Notes: a model not told the origin generated them from the sequence alone. DNA of 64,000 nt from an uncultured Kiritimatiellota bacterium (GCA_934667425.1 CAKULV010000012.1:767-64766), one strand, 5' to 3'. Shown: positions 25,503-35,818, counted from the first letter of the stretch. A program made the numbers and translations.

Positions 25503-27341
25503 ATGATGGCGGTGATGCTGGCGGCGATCCTTGCGAACGGCGCCTTTGAGCTCGTGGACAAGGACGGTGCGCCGGCCGGCTGGTCGATGCCGGAGAAGGC
25601 CTATCGGATAGAAGGGGGAAGCGGGGTCAACGGCACGCGGTGCCTTGCGTTCGAGAACACGGACGATCCATCCTATTACCGGTTCCCCGGCCAGCCGCTC
25701 GCGCTGAAGGGCGGCAGGATATATCACGTCTCCGTCCAGGTGCGGACAGAGAACCTGGTAGGCGACGAGTCGGGGGCTACGTTCTGCATCGAATGGCGAA
25801 ACGGCAGGACGGGGCGCAGCGGCGGAGTGTGGCCCGCAGGGGTCAAGGGGACGCACGACCAGTGGCAGAAGGTCGGCAGGACGTTCATGACGCCGCCGCA
25901 GGTCGAGGGCGCAACGCTGTTCCTCTATTGCCGCAAGGGCATGCTCGGCAAGGCGTGGTTCGATGACGTGCGGGTTGAGGAGGAGGACACGGAGCCGTTC
26001 GGGGCTTTCTCCTCCAACGCCTATCAGGACATGGCCGTTGACGGCCCGCTGACGTTTACGGCGGTGTTCAACGCTACGTCCTCGTCGCTCGGGGCCGGGC
26101 TTACGGCGAGGCTCGAGTACACCGATGCTGAAGGGCGGCCCGCCGCGAAGGCGGCGACGGTCGGCATTCAGGCCGTAACGGCTAGGCTTGACGCGGCGGC
26201 GCTCGCGAAAGGACGCTCCACCGTCCGCATGCGCCTTTTCGACGCCGCCGGCAGGGAGATGGACATGGCGGAGCTTGCGTTCACCCGTCCGGACGCGCTG
26301 CCAAGGCGCCGCGTCGAGCTCGACCGGTTCGGCCGCACCCTGATCGACGGGAAGCCTTTCTTCCCGCTTGGCATGTATTCGCGCAAGCCTACGCTCCAGC
26401 CCCACCTGGACGAGTTCTCGCGCAGCCCGTTCAACTGCCTGATGCCGTATTCCATCCCGATGCGCGAGGACCTCGACCTCTGCCACTCGAAGGGCATCCT
26501 CGTGATGGCCTGCCTCAAGGATCTGCACTTCGGCTCAGCCCATGCAAGCCGTCTGCTCGAGAGCCGCGATGACGAGGAGCCGCTTGTCCGCAAGATCGTG
26601 AACGAGTTCAAGGATCACCCCGCGCTACTTGCATGGTACGTTAACGACGAGATGAGCGAGGACTGGATTCCGCGCCTTGATGCGCGGCGGCGGCTTGTGC
26701 GCGAGCTGGATCCGGGCCACCCGACGTGGGGCGTGATCTACCAGGTGGAGTCGTCTCACCGCTACCTCAACACCTGCGACATCCTCGGCACCGATCCGTA
26801 TCCCGTCGGGACGGGGCAGGACCTTGACATGCCTCTGCGCTATTCGCGGATTACCGTAGCCAATGTGTTCGGTTCGCGCGCCGTGTGGCAGGTCCCGCAG
26901 GCGTTTGACTGGGGCACCTACAACAAGACCCTCAAGAACCCGCGATTCCCAACGAGGGAGGAGATGCGCTCGATGTCGTGGCAGTGCATTGCCGCCGGCG
27001 CGAACGGAATTGTGTTCTACTCGTTCGCGTCGATGCACAAGATGCGTCCGGACGACAAGACTTCGACGTTTGAGGGGCGGTGGGCGGACTTGACCGCCGT
27101 CGCCAAGGAGATCCGCAGGGAGTTCCCTACGCTTTTGTCCGATCCGGGCCCGAAGGTGCGCGAAGCGCCGGATGGCATGGGCGCGCGGAGCTGGCGCTTG
27201 GCCGACGGCTCGATGCGGATGATGTTCGTTAACGCGACCGAGAGGCCCGTTTCGGGGCGTGTGGCGTTCGAGGACGGGACTTGTCGGGAGGTCTCGCTCC
27301 CCGCGATGGGCGTCTCATGGGTGCAGGACAGTGCGCGATGA
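25503..27341 (+). CDS. Putative glycoside hydrolase (clan GH-A-like TIM barrel) with an N-terminal CBM4/9-like domain
   Basis: It has an N-terminal NGAFE...W...FDDVRVEE jelly-roll pattern and a LLAWYVNDE (N-E acid/base-like) motif. The family is unassigned. Confidence 0.55.
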   Translation: MMAVMLAAILANGAFELVDKDGAPAGWSMPEKAYRIEGGSGVNGTRCLAFENTDDPSYYRFPGQPLALKGGRIYHVSVQVRTENLVGDESGATFCIEWRNGRTGRSGGVWPAGVKGTHDQWQKVGRTFMTPPQVEGATLFLYCRKGMLGKAWFDDVRVEEEDTEPFGAFSSNAYQDMAVDGPLTFTAVFNATSSSLGAGLTARLEYTDAEGRPAAKAATVGIQAVTARLDAAALAKGRSTVRMRLFDAAGREMDMAELAFTRPDALPRRRVELDRFGRTLIDGKPFFPLGMYSRKPTLQPHLDEFSRSPFNCLMPYSIPMREDLDLCHSKGILVMACLKDLHFGSAHASRLLESRDDEEPLVRKIVNEFKDHPALLAWYVNDEMSEDWIPRLDARRRLVRELDPGHPTWGVIYQVESSHRYLNTCDILGTDPYPVGTGQDLDMPLRYSRITVANVFGSRAVWQVPQAFDWGTYNKTLKNPRFPTREEMRSMSWQCIAAGANGIVFYSFASMHKMRPDDKTSTFEGRWADLTAVAKEIRREFPTLLSDPGPKVREAPDGMGARSWRLADGSMRMMFVNATERPVSGRVAFEDGTCREVSLPAMGVSWVQDSAR

Positions 27342-27383
27342 CGGCCTTCCGCACTTGACCGCCGCGCTTGAACCGGAAGGACG

Positions 27384-28442
27384 ATGATGCAGACGAACCC
27401 TGTTCTCGGGACGTTGGTATTCCTCTTGGGCGGCGTTGCGGCGGCCACGTACCTGTTGCCCTTTCGCGCCGTGAGGGGGTGGCGCTACGAAACGGGCTGG
27501 CTCGTGAACGTCCTGGTCGGCTGGCTCGTGTTCCCGCTCGTGTTCGACGCGTTCGTGATTCCGGTTAGCCTGTCGTCCATCCTTTCGCAGGGCGGGTGGC
27601 CTGTCTTCGCGCGGACGTTTGCCTTCGGCGCACTATGGGGCATCGGCGCGCTTTGCTGGGCGCTGATGGTGCGGTATCTCGGGATCGGACTGGGACTCGG
27701 GATCGGGTCCGGAATTTGCGCGGCGACGGGGACGATCCTGCCTCAGATCGTCACCGGGAACGCCGCCGCGCTCGTGGCTACGAAAGGCGCGTGCATCGTC
27801 CTTGCCGGCATTGCCGTCTCCCTCGCGGGCATCGTGCTTGTGGGAGCCGCCGGACGCCTCAAGGAGTCGGAGATGAGCGATGTGGCGAAGCGCAGGGCCG
27901 TGGCGGAGTTCAACTTCACGAAGGGGCTCGTGATGGCTGTCGTCGCCGGTGTCGCTTCGGCGGGGATAAACTTCGGGCTTCAGGGTGCGCAGGTGTGGGA
28001 GGATGCCGCCATTGGATGCGGCGTGTCTCCGACCTGGGCAGGGATGCCTGTGCTTACGGTTGTGCTTTGGGGCGGTCTCTTCACCCAAGTCGTCTGGGTG
28101 CTGTCGGAGAGGTGGAGGCGGCGCAATGGCGATGGGTCTCGCGACTCCGCCGCTCCGCATGCCGGTCTCCCGGCCCATTTCCGGAACTTTGCGCTTTCCG
28201 CCGCCGTTGGCGTCATAGGCGTGATGCAGTTCGTCCTCCAGAAGGCGGGCGAACCGCTGATGGGCGATTTCCGCTACATCTCCTTTGCCGTGCTGATGTC
28301 AGGCGCCGTTTTCTTCTCTACGCTCCTTGGCGTGTTCCTCGGAGAATGGAGGGGCGCGTCGCGCAAAACCATCGCGCTCCTTTCCTCCGGGACCATTGTG
28401 ATTGTGGCTGGCTTCACGATGATGTCGCTGGGCGGCAGATGA
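27384..28442 (+). CDS. rhaT: L-rhamnose/H+ symporter
   Basis: Similarity to E. coli RhaT runs along the whole length (FGALWGIGALCWALMVRYLGIGLGLGIG; EFNFTKGLVMAVVAGV). About 10 TM segments are predicted by eye. Confidence 0.85.
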   Translation: MMQTNPVLGTLVFLLGGVAAATYLLPFRAVRGWRYETGWLVNVLVGWLVFPLVFDAFVIPVSLSSILSQGGWPVFARTFAFGALWGIGALCWALMVRYLGIGLGLGIGSGICAATGTILPQIVTGNAAALVATKGACIVLAGIAVSLAGIVLVGAAGRLKESEMSDVAKRRAVAEFNFTKGLVMAVVAGVASAGINFGLQGAQVWEDAAIGCGVSPTWAGMPVLTVVLWGGLFTQVVWVLSERWRRRNGDGSRDSAAPHAGLPAHFRNFALSAAVGVIGVMQFVLQKAGEPLMGDFRYISFAVLMSGAVFFSTLLGVFLGEWRGASRKTIALLSSGTIVIVAGFTMMSLGGR

Positions 28443-28481
28443 TTTAAGGATTGCAGACCGTCATTGCGATGTGCGATTCGT

Positions 28482-29657
28482 CTATGACTTGTGCTGGGCG
28501 CGGTAGTCGCGCATCGTGAGGCCGAAGCGGCGCTTGAACAGCGTCTTGAGGTAAGCGAGGCCGGTGTAGCCGCAGGCGATAGAGACGGTCTTTATTGGGC
28601 GATTCGTGGTCGCCAGCATTTTCTTCACGGCGTCAAGGCGGCAGCGGATGATCGCCTCGTTGATCGTTTCGCTGTTGAACTGCTGGAAGCGCAGGTCTGC
28701 GAGCCGTCGCGACACGCCGAGGTATGCGGCGACATCGCGGGCAGATATGCCCCTTGTCGCGTTTTTCGCGATAAACCTGTTGGCCTTCGCGAGGAGATGT
28801 GCCGCCGGAGCCGTGGCGGCTGCGGATTCGCGTTCGACGAGTTCCTTGGGACGGGATAGGAACGCGACAGATGGTTTCGAGGAACGTCCGTTCATCAGGC
28901 GTTCGAGTTCGCGGGCGGCAACGAAGCCGAGCTTTTCGTGGTCGGGGCGGATGCTGGTCAGCGGCGGAACGGTCGATTCGTCCAGCAGTTCGTCGTTGTC
29001 CACGCCTATGACGGCGAGTTGGCTCGGTATGGCGATCTTTGCCTCGTTCGCCATCTCGATGACTTGCGTCGCCCGCGTGTCCCATGCGGCCATCACGGCC
29101 GCAGGTTTGGGCAGACCCTTAAGCCAGGCTTGCAGTCCATCCAGGTCTGCCTTTGTGCCGGCTGGGGCTGCCGCACTGAAGACGACGGGTTCTATCTCGT
29201 TTTCACGCAACGTGCTGCTGAATCCGTCAAGGCGGGCCTTGCTCCAATATTGCCGTGAGACGGTCGGCACAAATCCATATGTGCGGTGTCGGCCGATGGA
29301 GAGAAGATAGTGTGCGCCCATGCGGCCAATCTCGATGTCGTCGTTGCGGATGTACGTGATGGACTTCTTGCGCGCCGATAGAATCGGCCCTGCGTCGCCG
29401 ATGAATGCGATGGGGATGTTTGACGCCTTCAGAAGCTCGGCTGTCGCGTCTGGTCCCGGCTCGCTCATGATGATGCCATCATAGCCTTCATCCGCGAGGG
29501 CGCGGAAGTTCTCAGGCGTCAGCTCGTCCGGCATCTGGAAGAGACGCGTGTGCCAGTGGGGGCGCTGCCGAGTGAACAGCAGTATGCCGGAGAGTATGTC
29601 GCGCCCTGCGGTTCCTGCAAGCCGGAGGACGATGATGACATTGCGCTTCCTTTTCAT
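28482..29657 (-). CDS. XylR-type transcriptional regulator (periplasmic-binding-protein-like sensor plus AraC-family HTH)
   Basis: The C-terminal AraC HTH is ISARDVAAYLGVSRRLADLRF...IACGYTGLAYLKTLFKRRFGLT, and the N-terminus has a PBP type-1 fold pattern. Confidence 0.8.
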   Translation of the reverse strand: MKRKRNVIIVLRLAGTAGRDILSGILLFTRQRPHWHTRLFQMPDELTPENFRALADEGYDGIIMSEPGPDATAELLKASNIPIAFIGDAGPILSARKKSITYIRNDDIEIGRMGAHYLLSIGRHRTYGFVPTVSRQYWSKARLDGFSSTLRENEIEPVVFSAAAPAGTKADLDGLQAWLKGLPKPAAVMAAWDTRATQVIEMANEAKIAIPSQLAVIGVDNDELLDESTVPPLTSIRPDHEKLGFVAARELERLMNGRSSKPSVAFLSRPKELVERESAAATAPAAHLLAKANRFIAKNATRGISARDVAAYLGVSRRLADLRFQQFNSETINEAIIRCRLDAVKKMLATTNRPIKTVSIACGYTGLAYLKTLFKRRFGLTMRDYRAQHKS

Positions 29658-29661
29658 GTGA

Positions 29662-29871
29662 TTAGGAGCGATTTTGTGGGTGCATCGATGCGTACAGGTA
29701 TTCACCGCTCTCGCGATAGAGGCCTGTTGCGGGGTCTATTAACTTTTTGAAGAATGGGCTGTGATATAGTGCATCCATCGCTTCCTCAATGGGAATGCCT
29801 TCGCGAGAGACGATTTCTGCGACGAGATCTTGGATGGCGAATTCGATCAATTGTCTAACTTCGGCTGACAT
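29662..29871 (-). CDS. DUF3791-like small helical protein (second copy)
   Basis: It is about 70 aa (MSAEVRQLIEFAIQDL...YHSPFFKKLIDPATGLYRESGEYLY), lies in the AT-rich block, and overlaps the end of the DUF3990 gene. Confidence 0.6.
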   Translation of the reverse strand: MSAEVRQLIEFAIQDLVAEIVSREGIPIEEAMDALYHSPFFKKLIDPATGLYRESGEYLYASMHPQNRS

Positions 29872-30358
29872 TTTCCATCCCAAGAAATCGCAAGTGGCTG
29901 ATGGCGCGTTGCGTGTGAAAGGAATACTGGAAATAGAGATCCTTGAATTGCAGTGCATCGACAAACGCATCGAGCGTGATTAGCCCTTTGTCGAAGAGGC
30001 GGAATTGAAGTGACAACTTGTCGTTTGCGATGGGGCCGATGACAACATCGTACCGGCAATCTCTGTTGTGGTCTTCCGCTTCGACATAGTCGCGCCGATT
30101 GGCGCGGACAAACAAGGCCCATTCCCGAGAAGGAACATGGAACCGTTTGATGTGCAAGTCAGAAGGGAATGCATCGCGATAATCCAGATGAAGAACAACT
30201 GCTTCCCCGCCGAGTCTGTCAACACGTTGCAATGCGGTCTTTCGTGCGCATTCCAGCGAGTTTGAAGTGTAGAAGCCGCGTCCGAAGTCTTTTCCTGGAA
30301 GCCCTTTTGCAAGGTCTATCTGACTGAACGAGCCATTTGTTCCATGATAGAGGATCAT
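29855..30358 (-). CDS. DUF3990 family protein with ADP-ribosyltransferase-like YHGT / GFY motifs
   Basis: The N-terminus is MILYHGTNGSFSQIDL...DFGRGFYTS. Later blocks DVVIGPIANDK and QYSFHT are typical of DUF3990, by my recollection of the family. Confidence 0.7.
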   Translation of the reverse strand: MILYHGTNGSFSQIDLAKGLPGKDFGRGFYTSNSLECARKTALQRVDRLGGEAVVLHLDYRDAFPSDLHIKRFHVPSREWALFVRANRRDYVEAEDHNRDCRYDVVIGPIANDKLSLQFRLFDKGLITLDAFVDALQFKDLYFQYSFHTQRAISHLRFLGMENVSRS

Positions 30359-30579
30359 TTTAGGCCACCTCCGTTTCGACGGCAGACGGCCGATAGATCT
30401 GAAATGGTATCTTCCATTGAATAAGTGTGCTCGACGGCATAATTGCGGTCAAGGAACGCGATGCCCGCATGGCGCTTCAAGTAGTCAAAGCCATTGACAT
30501 AATCCAGCCCATGTACATCCGCGAATTCATTTACGCATGCAACAATGTAGTCGATCTTGTCAAGTGTTTGCTGACTCAT
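30355..30579 (-). CDS. DUF3791 family small protein (first copy)
   Basis: It is about 75 aa (MSQQTLDKIDYIVACVNEFADVHGL...YAVEHTYSMEDTISDL...NGGG). Its stop overlaps the DUF3990 start (ATGA). Confidence 0.65.
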   Translation of the reverse strand: MSQQTLDKIDYIVACVNEFADVHGLDYVNGFDYLKRHAGIAFLDRNYAVEHTYSMEDTISDLSAVCRRNGGGLK

Positions 30580-30753
30580 GCCGGTAATTATACCAAATTT
30601 CGAAGTGGGAAGCGCAACGATGCCCAACGGCGTTTTGGTTGGTTTCTCGCATAGCGCGTTATTCTGAAATTTCGTTGCCGAATAGAGAATCTTTTTGATG
30701 CCCAATAACAAACATGATTGTTTGGCATTTGGCAAGTGACTTTTGCTAAAATC

Positions 30754-32532
30754 ATGCGCATGAACGCAAAAAGGTATTTCCCTCTGACGAACAATGTTGG
30801 TGTTGCATTTCTTGCATGCGGGCTTTTAATGTCCGCACCAGCCGTTTTCGCTGGAAGTGGAGATGTCGATCTGGCGTGGCGCGCGGATGCACCGCAGCCT
30901 GTTGCGGTCATTGACTTGGGGCGGTCTGGAGCGGGCGGCTATCCCGCATTCGAGATTGCCGACTTTCGGTGCGGTAAAAATGGCGAGATGCCGGTTCTGC
31001 GCGTCTCGTATGCCTGTCGCGCCAGCCAGATCTGCGAGAAGGGCGACTTCTGGAAGGATACGGCGGCGACCTATCTCGGCAAGGATGTGCAGCTGCCTAT
31101 CTTTCCGGCAAACCCCGAACGCTATGAGACATATCGAATTGACCGGTGCGGACCGTTTCGCGCATCCCTGCTTCAAGGGCTTGTGCGTTACGTGCGGTTC
31201 TCGCTTGAGACGCCGGGCGCGTCCGTCTGTCTGCGAGGGTTTCGCCTCGCGAACGACCGTGTACATTCGGAAGGAGAACGGGCTGGGTCGTTTACTTGCT
31301 CGGACAATCGCCTGACGGCACTTTGGGAGGCTTCGGTTCGCACGTGCGAACTCTCGGCGATACCGTCCTACCTCGCGACCAATGTCACGCCGGCAGTCTG
31401 GACGCGACCATATCTGTCCGACGGCGCAAAGCGTGATCGGCTCGTCTGGAGCGGTGACCTGTGGTGGGCATCGCGCAACGTCTTCTTTGGCTTCAAGCCT
31501 GAAGCACCGTATATGCGCGGCTCGTTGGAGATGTTGGCTGACAGCCAGACGCCCGAAGGCTATATACAGGCCTGCCCATGGCCGGAGCAGCCGAAGCCGC
31601 GCGCTGAAGATTGGGGCGCGTTCCCGTCGGACGAGTTTGCGGCCTGGTTTGTGCCAGTGTTGGCCGATTACGTGTTGTATTCGGGCGATCGTGCGCTGGC
31701 GCGGCGAATGCGACCGACCGTGAGTGCGCTGTTGCGCTATCTCGGCGAACATTGTCGTGAGGACGGGCTTTTCGAACAACGGCGCGAAACATCGAAGCAC
31801 GCCTGCGAACTGGCGTTTGGTTCGACATCCGTTCACCATAGGTCATACATGAACATCCTGCTTTGGAAGGTCTACCGTGATGCCGCCGATTTGGCGGACT
31901 GGACGGAATGTCCAGACGAGGCGGCTCGCTATCGCTGCAAGGCCGCCGCCATGGCAACCGTCATTCGCGCGAATTTCTGGAACGCTGTGCGCGGTGAATT
32001 TCGCAAGTCGTTGGAAGAGCCTGACGCATTTGCCTGGGAGGCATCCGCGCTGGCGTTGGCTGTCCGCTTCACGAACGAGGAAGAGGCTCGTGCCTTATCG
32101 GGGAAGTTCACGCGCAACGTCTGGGGCAAGTTTCAGGCATTGGCGATCCGTGGCCTTTTCGAGTATGGGTTTGATGCCGAGGCCATGCGGATGATCGGCG
32201 AACATGCGTGGTTTGAGGTGCTGAAGCCGGACTGGACTGGGCTTGCCCTGACGAGCGAGTGCATGATTGCAGATCCGAAGGAAGGGTGGATGGATGAGGC
32301 GCATCCAGATACGGCTATGGCAGGCATCCTCTCGAACTATATTCTCGGCATAGAGCCGATCGAACCCGGCTTCACGAAGTTCAAAGTCCGTCCGCATCCG
32401 GCAGGTGGCGTGACCTTTGCCCGAGGAGACGTCCCTACGCCGCATGGATTCATTCGTGTGGCATGGCATCTGGAAAATGATGCGCCGTCTGTGTCGGTTG
32501 TGGCGCCACATGGCGCTGAACGGGTGGACTGA
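30754..32532 (+). CDS. Six-hairpin glycosidase, GH78 alpha-L-rhamnosidase-like
   Basis: It has a signal peptide and the block DGAKRDRLVWSGDLWW, which resembles the GH78 catalytic-domain motif. rhaT and a XylR-type regulator are nearby. The family is not verified. Confidence 0.55.
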   Translation: MRMNAKRYFPLTNNVGVAFLACGLLMSAPAVFAGSGDVDLAWRADAPQPVAVIDLGRSGAGGYPAFEIADFRCGKNGEMPVLRVSYACRASQICEKGDFWKDTAATYLGKDVQLPIFPANPERYETYRIDRCGPFRASLLQGLVRYVRFSLETPGASVCLRGFRLANDRVHSEGERAGSFTCSDNRLTALWEASVRTCELSAIPSYLATNVTPAVWTRPYLSDGAKRDRLVWSGDLWWASRNVFFGFKPEAPYMRGSLEMLADSQTPEGYIQACPWPEQPKPRAEDWGAFPSDEFAAWFVPVLADYVLYSGDRALARRMRPTVSALLRYLGEHCREDGLFEQRRETSKHACELAFGSTSVHHRSYMNILLWKVYRDAADLADWTECPDEAARYRCKAAAMATVIRANFWNAVRGEFRKSLEEPDAFAWEASALALAVRFTNEEEARALSGKFTRNVWGKFQALAIRGLFEYGFDAEAMRMIGEHAWFEVLKPDWTGLALTSECMIADPKEGWMDEAHPDTAMAGILSNYILGIEPIEPGFTKFKVRPHPAGGVTFARGDVPTPHGFIRVAWHLENDAPSVSVVAPHGAERVD

Positions 32533-32557
32533 AGAAATGAGAAAGGAAATGCCGAAC

Positions 32558-35500
32558 ATGAACACGTTGAACATGAAACTGTTGTTTGCTCTCGTTGCCT
32601 GTGTGTCCGCACGTGTCTGTTGTGCGGATGCCAACGTGTGGAAGGGTTCTCCATCGGGTGGCCTTTGGAGCGACCCGGACAACTGGACGCAGCCGCTGAC
32701 GCCGACAGTCGCGACGGTCTACGACTTCTCCGCGTTGGCCGATGGTGCCGTGGTCACGAACACGTATGCCTATTCGGACGGAGCGAAGCAGCTTGTGATC
32801 GGCGGTCTGACATTTGGCGAAAATCAAGGATGCGTCACGCTGTTCGGCGATGCGTCCAGCCAGACCATCGTCAAGAGCGGCGTATTTAAAGTGCCTACTG
32901 GAACGACATTGGTCATTTCGCTTGCCCACACAACGACGCCGTGGCAAGACTACCAGTCGAAGATTGCCTTGAGCGGTGCGGGCGCCATTGTCTTCGACTG
33001 CGACAAGTTCCGTGGCACGGCGTGGGATTATTATTTTGCGGACGCGGATGGGATGCGCGTCATGCTCGGAAGCAGTTCGGCGTTCGAGCTGTGCGGCTTC
33101 CATTTCTATGATCCGTCTTCTCGGACGCCGTCCGCGAATGTGCGTTTGCAGCTGGCGGCGGATACGCGGGTCGCCTCCGTCAACGGCCTGTGGGCCGCGT
33201 CTGTCCTTAACTTCATCGACCAAGGGCCTTATGCCTTTTGCGTCGGCTACGGCGTTGCGACGGAATCATACGAGGCGATGACAGGCACGGGAGCGCTCGC
33301 GTTCGAGGGCGGCGGCACATACACGCTGCGAGCCGCGCCGCGCAATACAGGTGGACTCACGGTTGGCAATGCCGACGTGCGTTTGGGAAGATCCTATTAT
33401 CTGCCGACCGATCCGACAACGGCGACGTCCGGCCCCGTTCGGGTTCCGCCAGAAACGGTGCTGGACTTGGCGAATTGCGGAAGCCTGACGGTTTTCTGCG
33501 ACCAAACGCTGGCGGCACTTCGGGGTGAGGGGACCTGGGGCTCCGTCAACCTCAGCTCGAACTATTCCGGCGTGGCGAACCTGACGGTCGGCAACGCGGC
33601 GTCACCGTCAGAAACGGTCTTCAACGGACGCCTCACGGGACTTGGCGGCTTGACGAAGCGCGGTGCGGCGTCACGCCTGATCCTGACAGGCGCTAACACC
33701 TATACCGGAAAGACCGAGGTAGCCGAAGGTTCTCTCGTCCTGCGCCGGGCGTCCGATCCAGCCGACGCGCCGGCCGTGCATTTCGATTTCGCTGAAGCCG
33801 AGAGATGGATGTCGTCCGTCGGAGGAACGGCGACCGCGACGACAAGGGACGGCGTGGCTCGTCTGTCCGACGGCGTGGCGGGTTGTGGATGGGGCTCATT
33901 GGACTTTGACCTAGCGATGGCGGCAACGCCGGTCTTCAAGTTCAGGCTGGCGCCAGACGAGGAACCCGTCCTCGGCGGCAACCGCCGCTTCACGGAAACG
34001 CTTTGGTTCAGATTGCGGGACGGGTGTCGCGGTGGGCAGGGCGATCAGCGATATCTTATCGCCAATGGCTCCGCATGGCAGTCGCGCAAATGGATTCGCG
34101 TATATCTGAACTGCAGCACGAATTTCAACTTTTCGGTCGGGCCATACGAATGGGAGCTTTCGCCATCCAACGGATTTCTGGCCAATGTCGAAGAGGGCGA
34201 AATCTATGACGGACGTTGGCATCATCTGGCCGTGACGTGGGGCGAGGGCAATGTCCTTTCCGGCTATTTGGACGGAAGGCTGTTGGGTGCCGTGGCAATT
34301 GCCGAGGACCTTCAGTTGCCGGAGAACGGCGATTATGCGCTCAGCTGGAACGATGCGCAAACGCGCTTTGACGGAAGCCTGGACGAGGTGAAGCTCTTTC
34401 GCCGCGCACTGACGGCAGATGAGATCCGTGCGGAATTTTCGCACAGTCGCGTGGTGCGCGAAGCCGGGGATGGCTTGCCAATGCCAGTTGCCTGCTGGAC
34501 GTTCAATGACGAAGGAAATCCTGGACGGGATTCCTCTGGGAATGGCGTGGACTTGGCGGCGGCGGTCGGTACGCCAATGACAATCGCGGACTATCCCGGC
34601 ACGTTCGGCCGTTCCCTCGCGAAGGCAACTGGGTTGAAATGCGCCTTTCCGGCCAGGATTCCTACAGGAGCTTCGCCGTTCACTGTCTCTTGCCGCTACA
34701 AGTTCGTGGATACGTGGACGGCCTCGCCGTTGGTCGTGTGGGGCGATCCGCAGAGGGCAAATGCGTTCTTTCTGCTGGGGACGGATTCCTCAGAGCGTAG
34801 GCGACCGATGGTCAACTACAATCTCCCGAATGTATCCTCGGTGCGGGCGAGCTGTTCCTATACGAATATTGTTCATGTCAGTGTTGGCGAAGCCTCGGCG
34901 GCGAACTGGACGCACCTCGTCTGCACGTACGACGGCTCGACGGTTCGCATGTATCAGGATGGACAACTTGTGCATGAGCCGTTGAAGGACGTGAAGCTGA
35001 ACATTGCGGCGGACAAGCTATATGTCGGATGTCTGCCGGAAGTCAACGCCGTCTTCAACGGATCGATCGATGACGTTCGTTTTTATGGCGAGGCACTTTC
35101 CGCCGAGCAGGTGAGGTCATTGACGCGGTCATTGGCGACGGAAGCCGATCCGCCGGTGCTGCCGACGAATGCGCTCGTCTCGGTCGCGGCTGGGGCGACG
35201 TTGGGCATTGAGGGAACGGCACCGACGTTCGCTGCGCTTACATGTGCAGGTACGATGGAGCTTGGACGCGATGGCGTCTATCGTGTTGGGGCTGACGATC
35301 ATCTTACGGGGCGCCTGGCCGGCATTGGCCGTCTGCTCGTCTCGGATCGCGATATCGCGCTTGTGGATGGCTCGTCCTTTGCGGGTGCGCTCGTAGTCTC
35401 CAATGCCGCCGTGCGCGTGTCTGGCGGACTGGGGCCCGCCGTTGTCTCCTTGCTCGCCGGCGCGTCATTGGATTGCGCAGGCTCGGCTGATGTCACGCTT

Positions 35501-35800
35501 GCGGACGGCGCGGTGATTGATGTCGACGTGCTGCAGCCGGATGTTCCGGGACTTTCGACGACGGGTGAACTGTCGATCGCGGAGAAGGTGACGATTCGCC
35601 TGTCGGGCAAGCCGTCTCAGGGAATCCTGAAGGTTGCTGTGGCAGGGCGATTGCGTCTGCCATCGTCATTCGACGGTTGGATGGTAGTTGGGCCAGATGG
35701 CCGGCCATTTGATCCGAACTCGCCACGGATTCGATTTAAGGTGCATGGGTCAGAGATAGTCGCCAAAGTCAGCGGCGGCCTGTGCATGGTTGTCAGATAG
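32558..35800 (+). CDS. Giant exported protein with autotransporter-associated beta-strand repeats and two LamG (concanavalin-like) domains
   Basis: It has a signal peptide and the repeat GLTKRGAASRLILTGANTYTGKTEVAEGSLVL. LamG hallmarks are WHHLAVTW...GYLDG and WTHLVCTYDGSTVRMYQDG. The start codon is uncertain (32537-32573). Confidence 0.7.
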   Translation: MNTLNMKLLFALVACVSARVCCADANVWKGSPSGGLWSDPDNWTQPLTPTVATVYDFSALADGAVVTNTYAYSDGAKQLVIGGLTFGENQGCVTLFGDASSQTIVKSGVFKVPTGTTLVISLAHTTTPWQDYQSKIALSGAGAIVFDCDKFRGTAWDYYFADADGMRVMLGSSSAFELCGFHFYDPSSRTPSANVRLQLAADTRVASVNGLWAASVLNFIDQGPYAFCVGYGVATESYEAMTGTGALAFEGGGTYTLRAAPRNTGGLTVGNADVRLGRSYYLPTDPTTATSGPVRVPPETVLDLANCGSLTVFCDQTLAALRGEGTWGSVNLSSNYSGVANLTVGNAASPSETVFNGRLTGLGGLTKRGAASRLILTGANTYTGKTEVAEGSLVLRRASDPADAPAVHFDFAEAERWMSSVGGTATATTRDGVARLSDGVAGCGWGSLDFDLAMAATPVFKFRLAPDEEPVLGGNRRFTETLWFRLRDGCRGGQGDQRYLIANGSAWQSRKWIRVYLNCSTNFNFSVGPYEWELSPSNGFLANVEEGEIYDGRWHHLAVTWGEGNVLSGYLDGRLLGAVAIAEDLQLPENGDYALSWNDAQTRFDGSLDEVKLFRRALTADEIRAEFSHSRVVREAGDGLPMPVACWTFNDEGNPGRDSSGNGVDLAAAVGTPMTIADYPGTFGRSLAKATGLKCAFPARIPTGASPFTVSCRYKFVDTWTASPLVVWGDPQRANAFFLLGTDSSERRRPMVNYNLPNVSSVRASCSYTNIVHVSVGEASAANWTHLVCTYDGSTVRMYQDGQLVHEPLKDVKLNIAADKLYVGCLPEVNAVFNGSIDDVRFYGEALSAEQVRSLTRSLATEADPPVLPTNALVSVAAGATLGIEGTAPTFAALTCAGTMELGRDGVYRVGADDHLTGRLAGIGRLLVSDRDIALVDGSSFAGALVVSNAAVRVSGGLGPAVVSLLAGASLDCAGSADVTLADGAVIDVDVLQPDVPGLSTTGELSIAEKVTIRLSGKPSQGILKVAVAGRLRLPSSFDGWMVVGPDGRPFDPNSPRIRFKVHGSEIVAKVSGGLCMVVR

Positions 35801-35818
35801 CACGGAAACGGGGATTCC

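Noticed and set aside
22235-26528. Minus-strand ORFs 22235-23740, 23795-24751 and 25413-26528
   Set aside because: They lie antisense to four co-directional plus-strand genes that have SD sites and recognisable domains. The composition is of the shadow type.
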